Made by a program: the position numbers and the translations under genes
The notes under the pieces: model-generated
Database searches by the model: none
The model's input: the letters and a program-made list of their open reading frames with translations, nothing else
What the model was told of the DNA's origin: nothing
DNA from: Candidatus Bathyarchaeota archaeon
GTDB taxonomy: Archaea; Thermoproteota; Bathyarchaeia; 40CM-2-53-6
DNA: 64,000 nt
NCBI GenBank assembly: GCA_963733055.1
Contig: CAVTBR010000002.1
Location: forward strand, 224,001-288,000
Direction: 5' to 3'
Shown: piece by piece, positions 58,515 through 64,000 of the stretch
Numbering within the stretch: the first letter of the stretch is position 1
Layout: every line of letters begins with the position of its first letter

Positions 58515-60071
58515 TTGAGTGTAAACTATGATGTAGTCGTTATCGGCGCGGGACACAACGGGCTTGTCGCTGGCGCGTATCTTGCGCGGCAAGGGTTGAA
58601 AGTTATCATATTGGAAAAACGGCCGATTGTTGGAGGATCGGCGATAACTGAAGAACTCTGGCCAGGTTTCAAGGTCAGCCGGCTATCCTACGCGTACAGT
58701 TTGTTTCTCCCGCGAATCGTGCGCGAACTTGAACTAGAAAAGAATGGCCTGGAGCTTCTCTCGTACGATCCGGATCTATTTGTTCCGTTCCCTGATGGCA
58801 GGTACATGTTCGTTTGGAACGATGATAAGAAAACTGCGAAGGAGATTGAAAAATTCTCCAGGCATGACGCCAAAACCTACTTCGATTACCTTGAATTCTG
58901 GAAGAACATGTCATGGCTCCTTGGCCCCGCAGCCGAGCAGCCACCTCCGCCGATTCACGAGTTCGCCGCCATGTTCGATAAACCAGAAGCCCAAGATCTC
59001 CTACGCTATCTAATGTTCTCAAGCGCAAAAGAGATTCTTGACGAGTATTTCGAATCGGATGAAGTGAAAGCGGTTTTCGCGCCCCGCGGCCTCATCGGAA
59101 CAATGGTGGGGCCAATGACTCCTGGAAGCGGCTATGTGCTAGGGCATCATGTGATCGGAGGCTCGACTGGCGAGCAAGGTAAATGGGGTTACCTGAAGGG
59201 AGGCATGGGTGGCCTTTCCAATGCCATAGCCAATTCAGCTAGAAAATTCGGGGCCACAATAATGACAAACGCCGACGTATCGAAGATTGTGGTGAAAGAC
59301 AAGAAAGCAGTTGGAGTGGAGCTGCGCGACGGAAAGACCATAACAGCCAAGGTGGTGGTGTCTAACGCCGACCCCAAGCAAACATTCCTTGGATTTATCG
59401 GCGAAGAACATTTTGAACCGGATTTCGTCAAGATGGTGAAGAAAATCAAGGACCAAGGGTGCGTGGTAAAGATCAACGCCGCCTTGAAAGAAATACCAGA
59501 GTTCAAAGTCCTACCAGGTAAGGGTCCAGGACCCCAACACAAGGGAATAACAGGAATAGGGCCCTCAATAGATTACCTGGAAAAGGCGTTCGACGACGCG
59601 AAATACGGTCAACCCGCCAAGAACCCATTCCTAAGAGTGACGTTCCATTCCGTCACTGACCCCGATCTAGCCCCTCCGGGTAAGTATACGATGTCCGTCT
59701 ACAGCCAGTACTTCCCCTACCATCTAAGAAACGGTTCGTGGGATGAGATCAGAGAGGAAGTGGGGGAGAACATCATCAATACACTTGCCGAATATGCGCC
59801 GAACGTGAAGGGCGCCATCCTGCACAAGGAAGTTCTAACTCCGCTGGACATGGAACGAATGTTCTCCCTACCCGAAGGGAACATATTCCATATGGAAATA
59901 ACCCCAGACCAAATGCTTTCCTTCAGACCAGTCCCAGGCTGGGCGCACTACCGAACTCCGATTCAAGGAGTATACTTATGCGGAGCGGGAACCCACCCGG
60001 GCGGAGGAGTATTGGGAACGCCGGGCTTCAACGCGGCCCAAGCCATCATAACTGACCTCAAGCCAAACTAG
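58515..60071 (+). CDS. FAD-dependent oxidoreductase, phytoene dehydrogenase-like (PYROXD2-type)
   Basis: IGAGHNGL, GGMGGLS, TPLDMER, GNIFH, YLCGAGTHPGGG. Confidence 0.9.
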   Translation: MSVNYDVVVIGAGHNGLVAGAYLARQGLKVIILEKRPIVGGSAITEELWPGFKVSRLSYAYSLFLPRIVRELELEKNGLELLSYDPDLFVPFPDGRYMFVWNDDKKTAKEIEKFSRHDAKTYFDYLEFWKNMSWLLGPAAEQPPPPIHEFAAMFDKPEAQDLLRYLMFSSAKEILDEYFESDEVKAVFAPRGLIGTMVGPMTPGSGYVLGHHVIGGSTGEQGKWGYLKGGMGGLSNAIANSARKFGATIMTNADVSKIVVKDKKAVGVELRDGKTITAKVVVSNADPKQTFLGFIGEEHFEPDFVKMVKKIKDQGCVVKINAALKEIPEFKVLPGKGPGPQHKGITGIGPSIDYLEKAFDDAKYGQPAKNPFLRVTFHSVTDPDLAPPGKYTMSVYSQYFPYHLRNGSWDEIREEVGENIINTLAEYAPNVKGAILHKEVLTPLDMERMFSLPEGNIFHMEITPDQMLSFRPVPGWAHYRTPIQGVYLCGAGTHPGGGVLGTPGFNAAQAIITDLKPN

Positions 60072-60237
60072 GGCCCGAAGGTTTAGCGTGGGTACGCGAC
60101 TGTGACTACCTGACTCCACCGATCCGATAAGGCATTACTACCTCAGTCCGCGATCGAGATGCAATACTGGACGAATCGTCCACGATGCTTTTACACCTAG
60201 CTCGACATCGTTGCGCGTCAAACAGGAGTTCCCGCAT

Positions 60238-61734
60238 ATGAAGCTAGTCTACGCAATCATATCAATCACAGTCATCATGATCATTGTTAGCGGAATGACA
60301 CTCCCACTATTAGCGCCAAACCCAGCCAGCGCCTCAGGTTCGAAGATTCAGCACCTTATCTTCATCGTGCAGGAGAATCATTCCTTCGACAATTACTTCG
60401 GTACGTATCCCGGCGCCAACGGGCTGCCTATGGATGTTGCCATTCCCTTCGACCCTAACCAGACGGGTCTGGGCTACGTGAGACCGTTCCACCTGAACGT
60501 TTCTCAACCCATAATGATTGTGGGTGATGAACTCCCACCTGGCGTCGAGGATCCCGAACAACTTCAAACTCAGTCTACTTCGTCATTCCATTTCGACAGC
60601 GAGTCGATCGGTAGGGATCTGAGCCACGCGTGGTCAGTCGCCCACGAAGCCTACAATAACGGTAAGATGGATGGCTTCGTAGCCGCGGAAGGAAGCATTT
60701 TGACCATGGGGTATTATGATCGGAGCGATATTCCCTACTATTGGGATTACGCGAACCAGTATGTCTTAGATGATAATTTCTTCTCCTCTCTAATGGGCCC
60801 GAGCCTCCCGAATCACCTGTACATTGCTTCCGGAACAAACGGCCCGGTAAACCTCACCTATCATTGGATATTCAATGGTGCAGTGGTCGACAACCCCGGC
60901 TCGAACTTCAACTGGCAGGGCTTCTCATTAGACTGGTCTACACTCGCCCAAGAGATGAGTAACGCAAACGTGTCTTGGGCATGGTACGATGGGATGCGTA
61001 AACCCCTGCAACCCAACATCTGGGACGTGCTGCCACTTTTCACCTACTTCCAGAACAACCCAGGTCAACTGAGCGCCCATGTTCAGAACACACCGAACTT
61101 TATCTCAGCCATAACAAACGGGCAATTACCGGCGGTTTCATGGATCATGCCCGGCGGCTGGGTGCCTCCAAACTACCCCGCCGCTTGCAGCGGACAGTCA
61201 CCCAGTGAACACCCCCCGGCTCGAAGCGATTGCGGAATGGATTACGTGTCGTACTTGGTGAATCAGGTAATGCAGAGTCAATATTGGCAATCGTCCGCGA
61301 TCATTGTGACCTGGGATGATTACGGGGGTTTCTATGATCACGTCGCTCCGCCTCAAGTCGACGCCTTCGGCGAAGGCTTCCGAGTCCCAACCCTCGTCAT
61401 ATCACCCTGGGCCAAACATGGTTACATCGATCATACGCAGTACGAGTTCGCATCCATGCTAAAGCTGGCGGAGGACAACTTCAACCTTCCAACCCTAGGA
61501 GTAAGGGATGTGGCTGCGAATGATATGATGAACTCATTCGACTTCAACCAAACGCCCCAACTCACGCTGATGGAGCCAGCGAACTTCGTCGGCCCGGCAG
61601 CCGAAACAACTACCACAACAACGGCAATCCCAGAACTCGACCCAACCCAAACATACCTCATTCTCGCCCTCGTCGTTGCAGTCGCCGCGATCGTACCAGC
61701 CTACCTAATCGGACGGCGAACCACTCGATCGTGA
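60238..61734 (+). CDS. Secreted phospholipase C/acid phosphatase family phosphoesterase with PEF-CTERM-like tail
   Basis: [42 protein letters not shown]; TTTTTT-IPEL-TM-RR. Confidence 0.9.
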   Translation: MKLVYAIISITVIMIIVSGMTLPLLAPNPASASGSKIQHLIFIVQENHSFDNYFGTYPGANGLPMDVAIPFDPNQTGLGYVRPFHLNVSQPIMIVGDELPPGVEDPEQLQTQSTSSFHFDSESIGRDLSHAWSVAHEAYNNGKMDGFVAAEGSILTMGYYDRSDIPYYWDYANQYVLDDNFFSSLMGPSLPNHLYIASGTNGPVNLTYHWIFNGAVVDNPGSNFNWQGFSLDWSTLAQEMSNANVSWAWYDGMRKPLQPNIWDVLPLFTYFQNNPGQLSAHVQNTPNFISAITNGQLPAVSWIMPGGWVPPNYPAACSGQSPSEHPPARSDCGMDYVSYLVNQVMQSQYWQSSAIIVTWDDYGGFYDHVAPPQVDAFGEGFRVPTLVISPWAKHGYIDHTQYEFASMLKLAEDNFNLPTLGVRDVAANDMMNSFDFNQTPQLTLMEPANFVGPAAETTTTTTAIPELDPTQTYLILALVVAVAAIVPAYLIGRRTTRS

Positions 61735-61816
61735 CAATCTAACATAAGTCAACCAACGCGACCCGAACACTCCGTGAAGAACCACCTCGATAACAGAGGA
61801 CAATCGGTGAATCCGT

Positions 61817-62632
61817 TTGGGCTACAGTACACGCGGACTTTCAAACCGTCTTGCCTTGATTCTCAGCTGTGTTTTGTTCAATATTCTATTCGAGTACTCT
61901 GGGCGCGGCATCACCGCGTTAACAAGAACTCCAACGTTGTTTTTGTTCTTGGTTGGAATCTACTTATCATATTTCGCGATGTTCGAAGATCTATTGGTAA
62001 GGTACAGGCTGAACAATCTTCAGATAATCCTGATTGGAATGATATATGGAAACCTGGCAGCAGCTTTCCTTACAGGGAACCTCTTCAATCGCACGATAAA
62101 CTGGGCCGTCATCATAGCCGGAGTCAACGTTGGTAGTCTGATCCTTATCGTTCTCTGCGCGTGGGGAGTCATGCAAGCCATCATAACATTCTACTTCGCC
62201 AACCGGATTACAGAGCGTGATTGGGGACACCCGAGAATGGGTGTCTTCGGATGGGGCGCATCAATCCTATTCCAGCTCGTAATCTTTGTCCTAGCTTCAC
62301 GAAATCCAGTCACTCCCCATGGGACGGAGACGGGTTACCTCATTCTCTTCGCAATTGAGGTGGCGCTATTGGCAGTCTTTCTCTTCACGCTCAGGCGACC
62401 CAGGCGCGAGAAAGCTTCGGCATTTGTTGCCTTGCCAATAATGAACATCTTGATCGTCGTGTCAGTTGTATTGTTTCTTGTACTCGGCACGTTCTTCTCG
62501 TTCGGTGCCACGGTTGTGACTTCACATGTCCTGAACCGTGGCCCAGCTATGATTGAAGTAATGTGGACCGGCTTCGCGGCCATGGTCTTCATTCTATATC
62601 GCATTTGGCGGAGGAAGGAAATCACAGTTTAG
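61817..62632 (+). CDS. Multi-pass membrane protein
   Basis: ~8 hydrophobic segments. Confidence 0.7.
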   Translation: MGYSTRGLSNRLALILSCVLFNILFEYSGRGITALTRTPTLFLFLVGIYLSYFAMFEDLLVRYRLNNLQIILIGMIYGNLAAAFLTGNLFNRTINWAVIIAGVNVGSLILIVLCAWGVMQAIITFYFANRITERDWGHPRMGVFGWGASILFQLVIFVLASRNPVTPHGTETGYLILFAIEVALLAVFLFTLRRPRREKASAFVALPIMNILIVVSVVLFLVLGTFFSFGATVVTSHVLNRGPAMIEVMWTGFAAMVFILYRIWRRKEITV

Positions 62633-62757
62633 AGAACCCAAGAAGCGTACGCAACGTTATAGTAAGCACGCGTGTCAAATGCTACATCATCAGCAGGAAA
62701 AACGGGTGTCAAGAGAGGCGAACTAATGCCAATTCCTTCAACTTATTGGCGCGAGTT

Positions 62758-63606
62758 ATGACGGCGGCAGAAGAGAGTAAAGAGCCCTCCAGACCCAAAC
62801 TGACTCCCGAATATTCTCCTAAGGGCGTATTCGTTGCTGAAGTAGCCACCCCTGAGAGTCGCTTAACACAATTCAGTATTGGGTTCACAAGCGACAAGCC
62901 AGGCAATATTAGAGCAGTGGCAGTTATTCTCGAAAAACACAAGGTGAACATTCTCTCCGGCTCTCACGAGCCAGCTCGCTGGAGTTTCTTCGCTGATCTA
63001 AGCCAATCCGACGCAGGTACGAGTCAACTAGCTCAGGAATTGAGTAATGACCCACACATAAAGACGGTCCAAACTCAAGATGGATTGAACGGCGTGATCG
63101 TGGACGCTCTTCACCACCCCCTCATGATGGGAAAAAACCGGGCGATTCTGTTTAGACTTGACACCATAGGCTCGGTGTTCTCTCGGCCTCGAGAAATTTT
63201 CGGCGCTGAGGGACAACTGGGAAAGGTACTGCTCCACCAGATGGGTCGAGCTGGCGGTCAATCGTCTACTAAGGCATTCTTGGACAGCATGGGCAAGGAC
63301 AGCATCCGAGAACAGCTATCAAACATAATGAACATGTATGCCGCGGGAGGGTGGGGAATCTTCAAACTGTTGGAAGTAGATTTCGATCGCGGAGTTGCAG
63401 TTGTTCAAGCATTTGAGAACTTTGAATGCTTAACGCATCGAGGCGAGGGAGGCGAGCCGTATAGTCAGTACGTCCGGGGAGACTTAGCGGGGCTGTTCTC
63501 AGAAGTTTTCGATAGAAAAGTAGATGTCGTCGAAACCCAGTGCGTTGTGCAAGGCGCGCCCTTCTGCCGGTTCGAAATTGCACCAGCGACTAAGGGCACA
63601 ACCTAG
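62758..63606 (+). CDS. ACT-like plus V4R domain protein
   Basis: DKPGNI...HKVNILS (ACT); GWG, NFEC, VRGDLAG, ETQCVVQGAPFCRF (V4R). Confidence 0.85.
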   Translation: MTAAEESKEPSRPKLTPEYSPKGVFVAEVATPESRLTQFSIGFTSDKPGNIRAVAVILEKHKVNILSGSHEPARWSFFADLSQSDAGTSQLAQELSNDPHIKTVQTQDGLNGVIVDALHHPLMMGKNRAILFRLDTIGSVFSRPREIFGAEGQLGKVLLHQMGRAGGQSSTKAFLDSMGKDSIREQLSNIMNMYAAGGWGIFKLLEVDFDRGVAVVQAFENFECLTHRGEGGEPYSQYVRGDLAGLFSEVFDRKVDVVETQCVVQGAPFCRFEIAPATKGTT

Positions 63607-63673
63607 GATGCGAACCAGTGAAGCACAATTTCGGAGACTGGAATCTGGTGCTCCGAATCACCTGTCTTTCGCT

Positions 63674-64000
63674 CTACAGGATTATGCCCATAATTAGCTG
63701 GTCACGATATTTACCGTCATCATCCAGGAACGCCTCTTTCATTCGTCCCTCGTGTTGAAAACCCGCCCGTTCGTATGCTTTGATCGCCCCCTCATTGTCG
63801 GCAACAACTTCCAAGGTGACCCGGTGGAATCCTTTGCTTTTGGCTTCTTGCAGAATCGTTGTCGCGAGAAATGTTCCCAATCCTTTCGAATGGTAGTCTT
63901 GATGGATGTAGGTTACGAACTCGCCTATTCCCTTGAGCCTCGTGCGCCCCCTACCATATATCATCGCTACTCCCACAACTCTCGTACCCTCAAAGGCTAG
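63674..64000 (-). CDS. GNAT acetyltransferase (5' end runs off the window)
   Basis: YHSKGLGT, LEVVADNEGAIKAYERAGFQHEG. Confidence 0.88.
   Translation of the reverse strand, partial: LAFEGTRVVGVAMIYGRGRTRLKGIGEFVTYIHQDYHSKGLGTFLATTILQEAKSKGFHRVTLEVVADNEGAIKAYERAGFQHEGRMKEAFLDDDGKYRDQLIMGIIL

Overview
Archaeal chromosome window, probably a TACK lineage such as Bathyarchaeia (inferred from gene content, BHB-type tRNA introns and frequent TTG starts). The most unusual feature is a tRNA-Trp(CCA) gene at 14942-15164. It reconstructs by hand into a normal 77-nt cloverleaf only after removing five bulge-helix-bulge introns (positions 10/11, 28/29, 37/38, 45/46, 59/60), and a decoy copy of the acceptor 5' strand lies upstream. 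The last exon is the attachment site (19-bp direct repeat at 15146-15164 and 27386-27404, with 14-bp inverted arms) of a ~12.2 kb integrated element. That element carries a tyrosine integrase, an apparently catalytically dead paralogue of it, Mrr-like and GIY-YIG nucleases, a TPR-J protein and membrane proteins. Other content: a two-intron tRNA-Ser head-to-head with archease; a bacterial-type metK divergent from an HTH-CBS regulator, with shared operator-like palindromes and a hairpin-rich ~300 nt spacer; an hdrCBA-mvhDGA-protease cluster bracketed by two CxxCC-containing DUF2096-like paralogues; a pfkA-GH130-PMM-like operon; an amine/guanidino catabolism cluster; and several frameshifted or deleted genes. 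All calls come from reading the sequence and translations by eye; no searches were run.
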